Assembly: GCA_021774255.1 (NCBI GenBank)
Contig: JAJFJF010000007.1
Span: 33,133-97,132, forward strand
Source: Gammaproteobacteria bacterium
GTDB lineage: Bacteria; Pseudomonadota; Gammaproteobacteria; JAJFJF01
Reading direction: 5' to 3'
Length of the DNA stretch: 64,000 nt
This document shows positions 30,732 through 40,871 of the stretch, piece by piece. Position 1 is the first letter of the stretch. Every line of letters begins with the position of its first letter. Both the position numbers and the translations under genes were made by a program. The notes beneath the pieces are model-generated. The model saw only the letters and a list, made by a program, of their open reading frames with translations, did not search any database and was not told where the DNA came from.

Positions 30732-31193
30732 TTAGAAAGGAATATCGTCGTCAAAGTTAGCGCCAGCGCCTTCAGGGGCCGGTGCTTGGCTGCTACCTTG
30801 TGGCGGGGCTTGCTGGTAATTCGATTGGCTTGGCATATCAGGTTGACCCGCACCTTGGCGGCTATCGAGCATTTGCATTTCGCTGGCGATGATTTCAGTG
30901 GTGTAGCGATCTTGGCCGTTTTTATCTTGCCACTTACGCGTGCGTAAGCTGCCTTCTATATACACCTTTGAACCTTTGCGCAGGTATTCGCCTACAATTT
31001 CAGCCAGACGATTAAAGAACGACACGCGGTGCCATTCGGTGCGCTCTTGTTGCTCCCCACTTTGTTTATCTTTCCAGCTCTCACTGGTGGCGATGGATAT
31101 ATTGGCTACGGCGCCGCCGCTCGGCATAAAACGCACCTCAGGGTCGTTGCCTAAATTACCAATAATAATGACTTTGTTAATACCTCTTGCCAT
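30732..31193 (-). CDS. ssb: Single-stranded DNA-binding protein
   Basis: [15 protein letters not shown] through C-terminal DDDIPF. Confidence 0.97.
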   Translation of the reverse strand: MARGINKVIIIGNLGNDPEVRFMPSGGAVANISIATSESWKDKQSGEQQERTEWHRVSFFNRLAEIVGEYLRKGSKVYIEGSLRTRKWQDKNGQDRYTTEIIASEMQMLDSRQGAGQPDMPSQSNYQQAPPQGSSQAPAPEGAGANFDDDIPF

Positions 31194-31252
31194 AACTGTC
31201 TCCTAATACTATTCAAATAAATTATTCACTTTATGCACGGGGGAGCGCTTGC

Positions 31253-32479
31253 TTAGCCGCTTTCAATTTGAGTTTCTTGGGTCTGCCCTTTTTCAGATTG
31301 GACACCCTTTAACATGACCAGCAACCAAAGCAGCATCATCATACCACAAAATAAAAAGACGCCAGCGGCACCTTGCTGCGCATAACACCAGCCGCCGACA
31401 ATGCCTCCCACAAAGGCCCCTAAAAACTGCGCCGTGGAATACACCCCCAGTGCCGTGCCTTTGTGAGCCGCTGGGGCAATGCGTGAAATCAAAGAAGGCA
31501 GCAGCGCTTCTAGTACATTAAAGGCTATAAAAAATAAGAATAAATTAATCACGAGCTGCGTGAGGGTGCTATGAAAACCCCATAAACTCCACTGCACAAT
31601 ACCTAATAAGGTAACGGCGCCCATCAAGAGCCAGGCCACGCGCCCGCGGCGCTCGGACCAAAGCAGCAAAGGAAACACGACCGCAAAACTTAATATTAAT
31701 ACAACAAGATAGAGATAAGCATGCTGGAATATCGGCATGCCCAGCTGTTCATGCAAAATCAGCGGCACCACCACAAACATCGCCATCAAAACGGCATGCA
31801 GACAAAAAATACCGATGTCTAAGCGCAATAAGCTGCCCTCGCGCAAAACAGATTTGAGTGAGCCGCGCACGATGCCGGTCTGGGAAGCGGTTTGCGCTGC
31901 GCCACCGGTTTCAGGCGCAGCCGGTAAACCACGATAAGCAATGAGGCTTGCGAGCATCGCCATCGCGGCAATCGCCCAAAACACACCGCGGATCCCAACC
32001 AGGCCTGCCACCAGCGGCCCCACAATCAAGGCCAGGCAGAAACACGCACCGACGACCATGCCTAAAATTGCGATCGCTTTGGTGCGCTGGCTATCGCGTG
32101 TTAAATCCGCTGCCGTGGCCAGTACCACACTGCTAATGGCACCCGCCCCTTGCAAGGCACGCCCAATAATCAAGGTCAAAGAAGACTCTGCCAGCGCGGC
32201 AATGACGCTCCCGATCAAAAAGATTAACAAGCCGGTGATAATTAAGGGCTTGCGTCCAAATCGATCTGACAGCATGCCAAAGGGCACTTGAAATATCGCT
32301 TGTGTCAGGCCATAGATCCCGAGGGCTAAGCCAATCACAAACGGCGAAGCCAGCAGCTCCGTATTCACGTACACGGCCAACACCGGTAAGATCATGAATA
32401 GGCCCAGCATTCTCAGAGAAAGAATGCTGGCAAGCGCACCGATGGCCCGCTTTTCAAGGGAATTTAACTGCGACGTCAT
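31253..32479 (-). CDS. YajR-like MFS transporter
   Basis: LRMLGLFMILPV, SDRFGRKP, FNVLEALLPS. Usual position upstream of ssb. Confidence 0.85.
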   Translation of the reverse strand: MTSQLNSLEKRAIGALASILSLRMLGLFMILPVLAVYVNTELLASPFVIGLALGIYGLTQAIFQVPFGMLSDRFGRKPLIITGLLIFLIGSVIAALAESSLTLIIGRALQGAGAISSVVLATAADLTRDSQRTKAIAILGMVVGACFCLALIVGPLVAGLVGIRGVFWAIAAMAMLASLIAYRGLPAAPETGGAAQTASQTGIVRGSLKSVLREGSLLRLDIGIFCLHAVLMAMFVVVPLILHEQLGMPIFQHAYLYLVVLILSFAVVFPLLLWSERRGRVAWLLMGAVTLLGIVQWSLWGFHSTLTQLVINLFLFFIAFNVLEALLPSLISRIAPAAHKGTALGVYSTAQFLGAFVGGIVGGWCYAQQGAAGVFLFCGMMMLLWLLVMLKGVQSEKGQTQETQIESG

Positions 32480-32691
32480 GCACCGGATCATACCAGCTTG
32501 CTGATAAAATAACTGCTGCTGGCGGGAACTCTGGCTGCGAAAAAGTTATAAAAATAACTTATAAATTGACTGCTTTTCATAACGCGCAGAAATCGCATCA
32601 GGGAAGTGTGCATTGCGCTTCTAGCAAGGCTTGTCTATGCTACCTGCTTAATCCACATGCATGATTGATGGCATTCCTGTAGGCGCTCACC

Positions 32692-33138
32692 ATGGCAAAA
32701 TCGCTGACGCAATTATTTCAACAAAGCCAATTTGAACGGATGGTGGTGCGTTCTAAACAGCTGGCAAGCCTTAACCGTCATCTAGAAACGCACTTACCCG
32801 CGCCTTTAGCGCAGCACTGCCATATTGCAAATTATCGCGACAATGAATTAGTGCTAGTGGCCGATAATGCGACCTGGGCAACACGCCTGCGCTATCTTGC
32901 ACCCGACTTAATCACCGCACTGCAAAAAACACCTGTTTTTAAAGGGCTGAAAAATGTTCACTGCCGTGTGGCGCAACCGTCCGCCTCCTCCCCTGCTTCA
33001 GCAACGCAAACAGATGCACCGATATCACGTCATATTTCAACACAAAGCGCGGAGATACTGAAAGCAACAGCAGACAGTGTGTCGGATGAAAAATTGAGTG
33101 AATCGCTGCTGCGGCTGAGTCAGCGGTGTCGTTCGTAA
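32692..33138 (+). CDS. dciA: DUF721 helicase-loader DciA
   Basis: HCHIANYRDNELVLVADNATWATRLRY. Convergent with lpxC as is usual. Confidence 0.75.
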   Translation: MAKSLTQLFQQSQFERMVVRSKQLASLNRHLETHLPAPLAQHCHIANYRDNELVLVADNATWATRLRYLAPDLITALQKTPVFKGLKNVHCRVAQPSASSPASATQTDAPISRHISTQSAEILKATADSVSDEKLSESLLRLSQRCRS

Positions 33139-33385
33139 GAAAAGAACCTCTCACCCCTTGCTGGCGCTGCACTATCCCTATTTCGGTGGTTTGTACTCAA
33201 ATAAGTCTGTCTCATTACCTCCTAAAAAGTTATTAAGTTAACTTAAAAATGCGTATTTTTTCGATGGGATCAATATTCCATCTAAAGTGCCTGTCGCTTT
33301 TGTTTTATCACTCGATGAAGTGTGACAAATTACGCCATCCATATATTGGCCACACAAAAGAGATATGCAAAATACAGCCCAATGT

Positions 33386-34018
33386 TTATTCAGGAGCAGG
33401 AGGTGGTAATTGAAAATGAGGATGCTGGAGATTGAGCTCCTGGAACATATCTTCAACAGCAGGCAGCTCACCTCCAGGTGAAGGAACCGCCATACTAGGC
33501 AACAGCCCACCATCATGACTCCAGGTTGTTGGCCCAGTAGGCCCGGCAAAGTCTGCAGTACCCAGTGGTACTGGCAAGCCAGCCCCGAAAGATCTTCTCC
33601 TTTGATTGAAAATCCCTGCATCCTGAGCCATCACCGCCACCTGATCTTGGACAGAGGCAGGGATCCCCATAGAGACCGAGGGTGGCAAGGCAGTAAAGCT
33701 AGTACCAGGCTCGAACACTACCGCCGTTCGTTGCGCACGAGAACCCGGCTGCCCAAAGCCCGAAAAACCGTCTTCCCCAAAAATACCCTCGCCCTGAGGT
33801 GTCATTTGAATGTGAACCCGGCTCCCCGGTACAGCCGCACCTCCTTCTATGGCGGGTGTGGGTGGCGGCGCCAAAGTCGGCGGCTGACCAGCCCCACCAG
33901 TATGCCGTGCAGCAGGGTCCCCTGGGTTTGAAAAGCCTACTAAAAACTGGTTGATATACTGCTTCTCCTTTTCCTCTTCTTCGTCAGCCAAGTCTCCTTG
34001 CGTTCCACGACTCGCCAT
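33386..34018 (-). CDS. Orphan Pro/Gly-rich, probably disordered protein (about 210 aa)
   Basis: Open frame from MASRGTQ with low-complexity PPP tracts. Start inferred from the upstream motif. Confidence 0.55.
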   Translation of the reverse strand: MASRGTQGDLADEEEEKEKQYINQFLVGFSNPGDPAARHTGGAGQPPTLAPPPTPAIEGGAAVPGSRVHIQMTPQGEGIFGEDGFSGFGQPGSRAQRTAVVFEPGTSFTALPPSVSMGIPASVQDQVAVMAQDAGIFNQRRRSFGAGLPVPLGTADFAGPTGPTTWSHDGGLLPSMAVPSPGGELPAVEDMFQELNLQHPHFQLPPPAPE

Positions 34019-34074
34019 GTTTGCAAAACCACACCTTGCTATTATGAGTTCTTCTGACTCTCTCTCTATATGCT

Positions 34075-34091
34075 GTAACACCAAGAGGTAA
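34075..34091 (-). promoter_or_regulatory. TTAC-N7-TGTTAC element upstream of 33386..34018
   Basis: Sense caaTTACctcttggTGTTAC, exact match, 56 nt before the ATG. Confidence 0.65.
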
Positions 34092-34322
34092 TTGAAAGGT
34101 TTTCCAAAAAACAAGCATTCACCTACTTCCGATTTTAAACGTATTCCTCCCTCTCCCCTCCAAGAGGGCAGAAGTCTATCTCCGAGCGCCTTGGGCCCCT
34201 TCCCTACGCCAAGGCTTCGGGAGGCAAGCAGGGAAAGCCCAAGGCAAGCTTGCCAGCGCAACAATGAGCCGGGGGGGGGTTATTTTCTTTGTGGCTTTAT
34301 TTTAGTTCGCTACAAGAGTCAT

Positions 34323-34372
34323 TTACCCCCTCACCCTAACCCTCCCCCCCCCACGGGGGGAGAGGGGATAAT
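34323..34372 (+). repeat. BoxC-like pyrimidine/purine hairpin repeat, copy 1
   Basis: ttaccccctcaccctaaccctc...ggggagaggggataat. Inverted copy at 39773. Confidence 0.75.
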
Positions 34373-34423
34373 TGATAGGGTAAATGGTTATCTGCCCCCC
34401 CGTGAATGCTTATCTCCCCAAAC

Positions 34424-34440
34424 TTACACGTCGATGTTCT
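34424..34440 (+). promoter_or_regulatory. TTAC-N7-TGTTAC element (2 mismatches) upstream of 34492..35454
   Basis: aaacTTACacgtcgaTGTTCT-N11-AGA, 51 nt before the ATG. Confidence 0.5.
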
Positions 34441-34491
34441 TCCATATGTGTAGACAACCGATCTCTGATAAAACCCAAAACAGCAAGCAAT

Positions 34492-35454
34492 ATGGATGAA
34501 GAAATTCCTCCGTTCATGGTCGCACGAGCCTTTTCAAACGGTGTTCTGCTTGCTATTTTCTCAATCTTTTTTTTCTTGCTGTTGGCACTTTTCCCGTTTG
34601 TTTGGGGTGAGAAACAAATAGGGGGATGCATTAGCTTCGAAGTATTTTCAAGCGGCAAAAAGCTGACCACGACCGCCTTTGATGCTTTCGCGACCCCAGG
34701 CGGGTATGCTTTAGTTTTTATTTACCTCGGTAGCCTTGCCCTGTTTTTGTTAAAGCGTGCTCTCTTTGACCATGACCGTCTCTCTTTGAAAATCAAACAC
34801 GCCTATTGCTTGTACCTGGTGTGGTTTGTACAAGTGCTGGCATTTTTTACCGTGTTCTTTTGGCTGTTGTCTGCCGCTTGCTTTTTGTTTACGCCACGAT
34901 TTTCTTTTACGACGCGACTTTTCTTGATGAAGATTATCCCCGCCGTCATCATTTTTATTATTGGAGCAAGCAATGTAGCCCTAATGCAAGGCAGCTACGC
35001 GCTTTTTATAAAATACCCCGCGCTTCAGATCACAGCATGGTGGGCAAACGACATGACCGTTGCCATTGTTACCGCCCGCTTAGCCGCACTGTTTCTGCTT
35101 TTTTGTGCTGGAATACGCCCGTTTTTTTCAAACGATGAGCAAGGCATGTTCATGAGCAAAATGTTTGTCTTTTGCCTGATTTTTCACTTGCTATTGCTCT
35201 TGGTGCTTGAGTATCTCGGCGATGCGTGGATTGCGTCTACGATCAAGCAACCCATACCCTTCGGGTGGAAAATAAGCTACCAAGCAGCCACCCTCTTTGT
35301 GATGCTTGTTGATTTGTATTACCTCTCGCTGCTTGATGAACTGCCACAGGAAGATATCGAATTTGCTATGCTTGTTCTCAATCCATTGCTTGGCGTTTTT
35401 TGCCTGGTGCATATGCTCAAGGTCGACGTACCCGAAAAAAGCCGTACCGATTAA
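34492..35454 (+). CDS. Orphan polytopic membrane protein (about 7-8 TM helices)
   Basis: Many hydrophobic Phe/Leu/Cys-rich segments. Start MDEEIPP inferred. Confidence 0.65.
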   Translation: MDEEIPPFMVARAFSNGVLLAIFSIFFFLLLALFPFVWGEKQIGGCISFEVFSSGKKLTTTAFDAFATPGGYALVFIYLGSLALFLLKRALFDHDRLSLKIKHAYCLYLVWFVQVLAFFTVFFWLLSAACFLFTPRFSFTTRLFLMKIIPAVIIFIIGASNVALMQGSYALFIKYPALQITAWWANDMTVAIVTARLAALFLLFCAGIRPFFSNDEQGMFMSKMFVFCLIFHLLLLLVLEYLGDAWIASTIKQPIPFGWKISYQAATLFVMLVDLYYLSLLDELPQEDIEFAMLVLNPLLGVFCLVHMLKVDVPEKSRTD

Positions 35455-35566
35455 CACTGAAAAATGCATAAATATCTTCTTTTTCAAAAACGCGTTTATT
35501 TTGTCATTTGTCTAACACAATAAAAAGGGGGAAGCTAACATTTGTAGAAATAGGCAGGTCTTTTAT

Positions 35567-35594
35567 TAGGGCGGCCACAGGGGGCCGCCCCTAC
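35567..35594 (-). repeat. GTAG-type REP-like hairpin after lpxC
   Basis: GTAG-GGGCGGCC-ccctgt-GGCCGCCC on the minus strand. Confidence 0.6.
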
Positions 35595-35611
35595 AAAATA
35601 GGTAGAGAAAA

Positions 35612-36532
35612 TTAAGGTGTACCCAGTGCCGTTACCGGCTTGAGGTAAGAGATAGGCATGTCAGCCGGTTCGTCGAAGGTGACGATTTCCCAGGCGCTTT
35701 CGTCGGCCAGGAGGGTGGTAAGAAGTTGGTTATTTAAAGCATGGCCAGATTTATGGCCTTCAAATTCACCGATGATGCTGTGACCCAGCAAATAGAGATC
35801 ACCAATCACATCTAATACTTTGTGTTTCACGAACTCGTCGTCATAACGCAGGCCGTCTTCGTTTAAGATGCGGTATTCATCGACGACAATCGCGTTATCC
35901 AGGCTACCGCCTAGCGCTAAGTTATTCGCGCGCAGCAGCTCAATATCGCGCAAAAAACCAAACGTGCGTGCACGGCTGACTTCTTTCACATACGAGGTGC
36001 TTGAAAAATTAATCTCAGCTTTTTGTAAGCGATCGTTAAAAACGGGGTGGTCAAAATCAATGGAAAATCCAACCTTAAAGCCATTAAAAGGCGCGAGGCT
36101 CGCGGTTTTATCACCGTCTTCCACAGACACTTTTCGCTTAATGCGGATAAAACGCTTGAGGCTGCTTTGCTCAGCAATACCTGCAGATTGTAATAAAAAC
36201 ACAAATGGGCCGGCGCTGCCGTCCATAATAGGAAGCTCAGGGCCCGCCACATCAACATAAGCGTTATCAATACCCAAGCCTGCTAACGCAGACAATAAAT
36301 GCTCAACGGTTGAAACGCGCGCACCGTCTTTGACAAGACTGGTTGATAAAGTGGTATCACCGACATACTCGTTTCGGGCAGGAATATCGACCGGGGGATC
36401 AAGGTCAACGCGACGGAACACGATACCTGTGCCGACGGCCGCTGGGCGCAAGGTAATATCGACTTTTTTGCCTGTGTGAACGCCTATCCCGGTGGCGCTA
36501 ATCGCATTTTTGAGTGTTCGTTGTGAGACCAT
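35612..36532 (-). CDS. lpxC: UDP-3-O-acyl-GlcNAc deacetylase
   Basis: [18 protein letters not shown]. Confidence 0.97.
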   Translation of the reverse strand: MVSQRTLKNAISATGIGVHTGKKVDITLRPAAVGTGIVFRRVDLDPPVDIPARNEYVGDTTLSTSLVKDGARVSTVEHLLSALAGLGIDNAYVDVAGPELPIMDGSAGPFVFLLQSAGIAEQSSLKRFIRIKRKVSVEDGDKTASLAPFNGFKVGFSIDFDHPVFNDRLQKAEINFSSTSYVKEVSRARTFGFLRDIELLRANNLALGGSLDNAIVVDEYRILNEDGLRYDDEFVKHKVLDVIGDLYLLGHSIIGEFEGHKSGHALNNQLLTTLLADESAWEIVTFDEPADMPISYLKPVTALGTP

Positions 36533-36596
36533 ATAAGGAGTATACCGGAAGTGTTACTTTAGTCAATTAACTAATACTTTATTATTAACCTGTTGA

Positions 36597-37766
36597 TTAT
36601 TCTGCTTTTTCTGATTGACGACGCAAAAAGGCAGGAATATCCAAATAGTCTGTTGAAGGTTCTTGGTGACTCATAACAGACTCGGGTTTCTTGGGTGCCG
36701 ACTCAGGGGCTGTTTGCTTACGCAGTACAGTCGGCCGTTCAAAGCGACCGTAATCAATGCTGCCATCTGATTTGGTATTTTCAATCAAGCTCAGGCGCTC
36801 TTTAGGCTGGCTTTGGCCTAAACCTGTTGCGACCACGGTCACACGCAGATCATCGCTCATTTCAGGGTCAATGACGGTACCGACCACCACGGTGGCATTT
36901 TCAGACGTAAAGCTCTTGACAGTATCACCCACTTCTTCAAATTCACCAATCGACATATCCATGCCGGCGGTAATATTCACGAGCACACCGCGTGCACCGG
37001 ATAGATTGATATCTTCTAATAAGGGACTGCTGATCGCCGCTTCGGCAGCCGCCGCCGCGCGACCTTCACCACGCGCCACACCGGTGCCCATCATCGCCAT
37101 GCCCATTTCAGACATGACCGTGCGCACGTCTGCAAAGTCGACGTTAATTAAACCAGGACGGGTAATGAGCTCAGCAATGCCCTGTACCGCACCTAATAAC
37201 ACATCATTGGCGGCTTTAAACGCATCCAGCAAACTGATGCCTTTGCCCAATACCATTAATAATTTTTCATTGGGAATGGTAATCAGTGAGTCTACATTGC
37301 GGCTTAATTCAGCCATGCCGGCTTCTGCCACTTGCATACGACGACGCCCTTCAAAGGGGAAAGGCTTGGTCACCACGGCGACGGTCAGTATGCCTAATTC
37401 TTTTGCAATTTCAGCGACGACTGGCGCACCACCGGTACCCGTACCACCGCCCATACCGGCCGTGATAAAGACCATGTCGGCGCCTTCTAACACTTCGCGA
37501 ATGCGTTCGCGATCTTCTTCCGCAGCTTGCTTGCCGATTTCAGGATTGGCGCCCGCACCGAGGCCTTTTGTGATCCCGGTACCCAACTGAAGATGGACAC
37601 TTGATTTCGAGTTTTTAAGTACTTGCGCGTCGGTATTGGCACAGATAAATTCCACACCTTCGATATTGGCGGACACCATATGCTCAACCGCATTACCGCC
37701 ACCCCCACCGACACCGATGACTTTAATAACCGCATTATCTGGACTGCTATCCATTAACTCAAACAT
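36597..37766 (-). CDS. ftsZ: Cell division protein FtsZ
   Basis: GGGTGTG signature and C-terminal LDIPAFLR. Confidence 0.98.
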   Translation of the reverse strand: MFELMDSSPDNAVIKVIGVGGGGGNAVEHMVSANIEGVEFICANTDAQVLKNSKSSVHLQLGTGITKGLGAGANPEIGKQAAEEDRERIREVLEGADMVFITAGMGGGTGTGGAPVVAEIAKELGILTVAVVTKPFPFEGRRRMQVAEAGMAELSRNVDSLITIPNEKLLMVLGKGISLLDAFKAANDVLLGAVQGIAELITRPGLINVDFADVRTVMSEMGMAMMGTGVARGEGRAAAAAEAAISSPLLEDINLSGARGVLVNITAGMDMSIGEFEEVGDTVKSFTSENATVVVGTVIDPEMSDDLRVTVVATGLGQSQPKERLSLIENTKSDGSIDYGRFERPTVLRKQTAPESAPKKPESVMSHQEPSTDYLDIPAFLRRQSEKAE

Positions 37767-37790
37767 GGAGTTCTCCTCTCACGCCTCTTA

Positions 37791-39026
37791 CTAAAAATTA
37801 CCTTGAAACCAACTTCTCATACGCGACCACATACCACCAAAACCCTGCCCTGACAGCATTTCGGAAGGACGACCTGCATTTTGCTTATGACCGTATAATA
37901 ATAAACCCACACCAGTAGAATACATGGGATTACGTACCACATCTGACAAGCCGGTAACGTATTGGGGTGAAGCCAAACGAACAGGCATGCGGAAAATTTC
38001 TTCGGCCAGTTCAATCGCGCCTTCCATTTTAGAGGCGCCCCCTGTTAACACAACACCTGCGGCAATAGTATCATCAAATCCGGCACGCCGTAACTCAGAT
38101 TGCACTAAGGTGAATAATTCTTCGTAGCGGGGCTGGATAACTTCAGATAAGGTTTGACGTGATAAACGACGCGGCGCACGTTCGCCCACAGAAGGCACCT
38201 CAATCGCATCATCGAGTTGTGTGAGCTGCGTGAGTGCACAACCGTATTTTATTTTGAGCTCATCGGCATGTTTGGTTGGGGTACGTAATGCCACCGCCAC
38301 ATCACCGGTGACTTGATCGCCAGCGATCGGGATCACGGTCGAAAAACGAATCGACCCTTCCGTAAAGACAGCCACATCGGTGGTACCACCACCAATATCG
38401 ATTAAACAGACGCCCAACTCTTTTTCATCTTCGGTGAGCACCGCATAACTGGAAGCAAGAGGCTGTAAAATAATATCATTCACCTGCAAGCCACAACGGC
38501 GCACGCATTTAACAATATTTTGAGCGGCACTGACCGCACCGGTCACCATATGCACTCTGGCTTCAAGGCGTACACCCGACATGCCAATGGGCTCGCGAAT
38601 ACCGCCTTGCTCATCGATGATAAATTCTTGCGGTAAGATATGTAAGACTTTTTGATCAGAGGGGATGGCCACCGCACGAGCCGCATCAATGACGCGATCG
38701 ATATCGGCATGGGTGACTTCATTGTCACGCACGGCCACAATACCATGCGAATTTAAGCTATTTATATGACTGCCTGCGATACCGGTGTAGACAGAGTGGA
38801 TCTGACAACCGGCCATCAGCTCGGCTTCTTCCACCGCGCGTTGAATGGCATTCACCGTCGACTCAATATTGACGACCACGCCTTTTTTGAGGCCGCGGGC
38901 CGGCTGATAGCCTATCCCGATAATGTCGAGCTCACCTTCGCTGGTGACTTCGCCCACAATGGCGGCAACCTTTGTTGTGCCAATATCTAGCCCAACGAGG
39001 AGCGGCTTTTCTGTCTGTTTAGCCAT
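37791..39026 (-). CDS. ftsA: Cell division protein FtsA
   Basis: GLDIGTTKV, DIGGGTTD, C-terminal WFQGNF. Confidence 0.97.
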   Translation of the reverse strand: MAKQTEKPLLVGLDIGTTKVAAIVGEVTSEGELDIIGIGYQPARGLKKGVVVNIESTVNAIQRAVEEAELMAGCQIHSVYTGIAGSHINSLNSHGIVAVRDNEVTHADIDRVIDAARAVAIPSDQKVLHILPQEFIIDEQGGIREPIGMSGVRLEARVHMVTGAVSAAQNIVKCVRRCGLQVNDIILQPLASSYAVLTEDEKELGVCLIDIGGGTTDVAVFTEGSIRFSTVIPIAGDQVTGDVAVALRTPTKHADELKIKYGCALTQLTQLDDAIEVPSVGERAPRRLSRQTLSEVIQPRYEELFTLVQSELRRAGFDDTIAAGVVLTGGASKMEGAIELAEEIFRMPVRLASPQYVTGLSDVVRNPMYSTGVGLLLYGHKQNAGRPSEMLSGQGFGGMWSRMRSWFQGNF

Positions 39027-39735
39027 TGACCCAACCTATTGCAATCCCATTTGTATAACGCAAATCCGCATAGGCTATCTGACGCTCAGGCGGAATATCT
39101 GCTAACAATACCAAAAAACGACTAATACGCGCCATTAAATCTTGCTTCCCCAACATTAAGATCACACCATTGTCTAACTGTAACTGCCAGGAGCCTCGCT
39201 CGGCCAGCGTTAATTGCTGAATACCTAAGCCTCGCGGCAAAAGAAACTCAGAGAGAGCGAAAAACTGTTCCCAAACCGCATGAATTTGTTCATCCATGCC
39301 ACTTAACACCGGTAAGCTCGGTGGGAACGTGGCAGGCTTTGGTGTAAACAACTCACCCTGCTCGTTCATGAGCGCACTGTCTTGCCATTGCGCCTTGGCT
39401 TGCTGCTCCCAGATCTGGATGCGCAAAGTATCTGGCCAAACACGCCGCACCGTTGCATTTTCTACCCAAGGCGTTGTGCGGGCTTGCCGATGAAGCGCTT
39501 TCACATCCACTGAAAAAAAACCGCCCGTTGCCAAGGGCGCTAATTCAGCATGCAGTGCCGCTTTATCGAGATAGTGAAAATCACCTTTTACTTCAACGAC
39601 CCGGATAGGCAACATCATTGGATCGCGTAGTTGGCTAGTCACCCAATGCAGCAACAGTACTATAGTGGAGAATGATACCACACCTAATAGCCACCACTTA
39701 AGGTGCTTGAGCATAATTTGGGCAATTTTTTGCAT
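39019..39735 (-). CDS. ftsQ: Cell division protein FtsQ
   Basis: TM helix, POTRA domain (PWVENATVRRVWP), DLRYTNG. Confidence 0.92.
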   Translation of the reverse strand: MQKIAQIMLKHLKWWLLGVVSFSTIVLLLHWVTSQLRDPMMLPIRVVEVKGDFHYLDKAALHAELAPLATGGFFSVDVKALHRQARTTPWVENATVRRVWPDTLRIQIWEQQAKAQWQDSALMNEQGELFTPKPATFPPSLPVLSGMDEQIHAVWEQFFALSEFLLPRGLGIQQLTLAERGSWQLQLDNGVILMLGKQDLMARISRFLVLLADIPPERQIAYADLRYTNGIAIGWVNG

Positions 39736-39772
39736 TATTCTGTGTTTTGGCTTAAAAATTCATTTTAACATT

Positions 39773-39819
39773 ATTATCCCCTCTCCCCCTTGGGGGAGAG
39801 GGTTAGGATGAGGGGGTAA
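39773..39819 (-). repeat. BoxC-like hairpin repeat, copy 2
   Basis: Reverse complement ttaccccctcatcctaaccctctcccccaagggggagaggggataat. Confidence 0.75.
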
Positions 39820-39878
39820 TTGGCCTTAGCAAAAAACTAAAGAGAAAAATACTTCCAAAATATAAAGGCAAACAAATA

Positions 39879-40871
39879 CTACAGCGTAGCTTTCTGGGAA
39901 GCGTGAGCACATACCTCTTCAGAAGTGTGGCTTTGCGTACCCCTCTCACAAAAGCTAGTTTCCAACACCTGCCAAATCATCTGCGGAAAATCGATACCGG
40001 TTGCGGCCGCTGCTTTAGGCACCAAGCTCGTGCTTGAGAGCCCCGGCACGGTGTTGATGTCGATAACCCAGTTTTGGCCTTGCGCATCCCGCATCATATC
40101 CACTCGGCCCCAACCGCTGCCACCCATGACGTCAAAGGCCTGCTTTGCCAATGACTGTGTCGCTTGTTCTTCTTCAAGCGTCAGACCTGATGGGCAATGG
40201 TATTGGGTCGTGTGCTCTTCGTATTTGGCAACGTAATCATAAAATGGGCGTGGTGTTTCAATGCGGATCACGGGCAAAGGCTTCTCACCCAAAATACCGA
40301 TGGTATATTCACCACCGTCAATGCCTTTTTCAGCCAGCACACAGCGGTCATATCGCACCGCTTCTTCATACGCTGCCCTCAAGTCTTTTACATCATCAAC
40401 ACGGCTAACACCCACACTGGAACCCAATGAATCGGGTTTCACAAACAACGGCAAGCCCAGCTGCGCCACCATCTCTTCAGGCACAAAATCTGGAGGCAAA
40501 ATAGCAAAATCGGGCGTGGGCAACCCTGCACCGCGCCATAAACGCTTGGAAACCAATTTAGTCATCGATACGGCACACGCTAACACACCACTGCCCGTAT
40601 AAGGCAAGCCAATCATTTCTAAACCTGCTTGCAAAGTACCGTCTTCACCGATACCGGCATGCAGCGCAATGAAGGCACGATCAAACTGCTCTTTGCGTAA
40701 GCGATCTAAAATATCGGGGCCGATATCAATGCCATGCGCATCCACTTGTTTTGACTTTAAAGCTTCTAGTGCCAAACTGCCTGACTGCAATGACACGGCA
40801 CGCTCAGCCGAATCGCCTCCCATCAGCACGGCCACTTTTCCAAACTGCGCGGGATCAACAATCTTTTTCAT
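39879..40871 (-). CDS. ddl: D-alanine--D-alanine ligase
   Basis: GGDSAERAVSLQSG, GEDGTLQ, GSSVG, YDYVAKY, NTVPG. Confidence 0.95.
   Translation of the reverse strand: MKKIVDPAQFGKVAVLMGGDSAERAVSLQSGSLALEALKSKQVDAHGIDIGPDILDRLRKEQFDRAFIALHAGIGEDGTLQAGLEMIGLPYTGSGVLACAVSMTKLVSKRLWRGAGLPTPDFAILPPDFVPEEMVAQLGLPLFVKPDSLGSSVGVSRVDDVKDLRAAYEEAVRYDRCVLAEKGIDGGEYTIGILGEKPLPVIRIETPRPFYDYVAKYEEHTTQYHCPSGLTLEEEQATQSLAKQAFDVMGGSGWGRVDMMRDAQGQNWVIDINTVPGLSSTSLVPKAAAATGIDFPQMIWQVLETSFCERGTQSHTSEEVCAHASQKATL

Noticed and set aside
34019..34264. N-terminal extension of the 33386..34264 ORF
   Set aside because: It starts at TTG and runs through hairpin-like repeat DNA and the motif. The ATG at 34018 is more plausible.
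36541..36557. TGTTAC near the lpxC start as another motif copy
   Set aside because: It is antisense to lpxC and lacks TTAC at the N7 spacing.
36757..37590. 277-aa plus-strand ORF and many other short ORFs in the track
   Set aside because: They are antisense or off-frame shadows of well-supported genes (here ftsZ) with no independent features.
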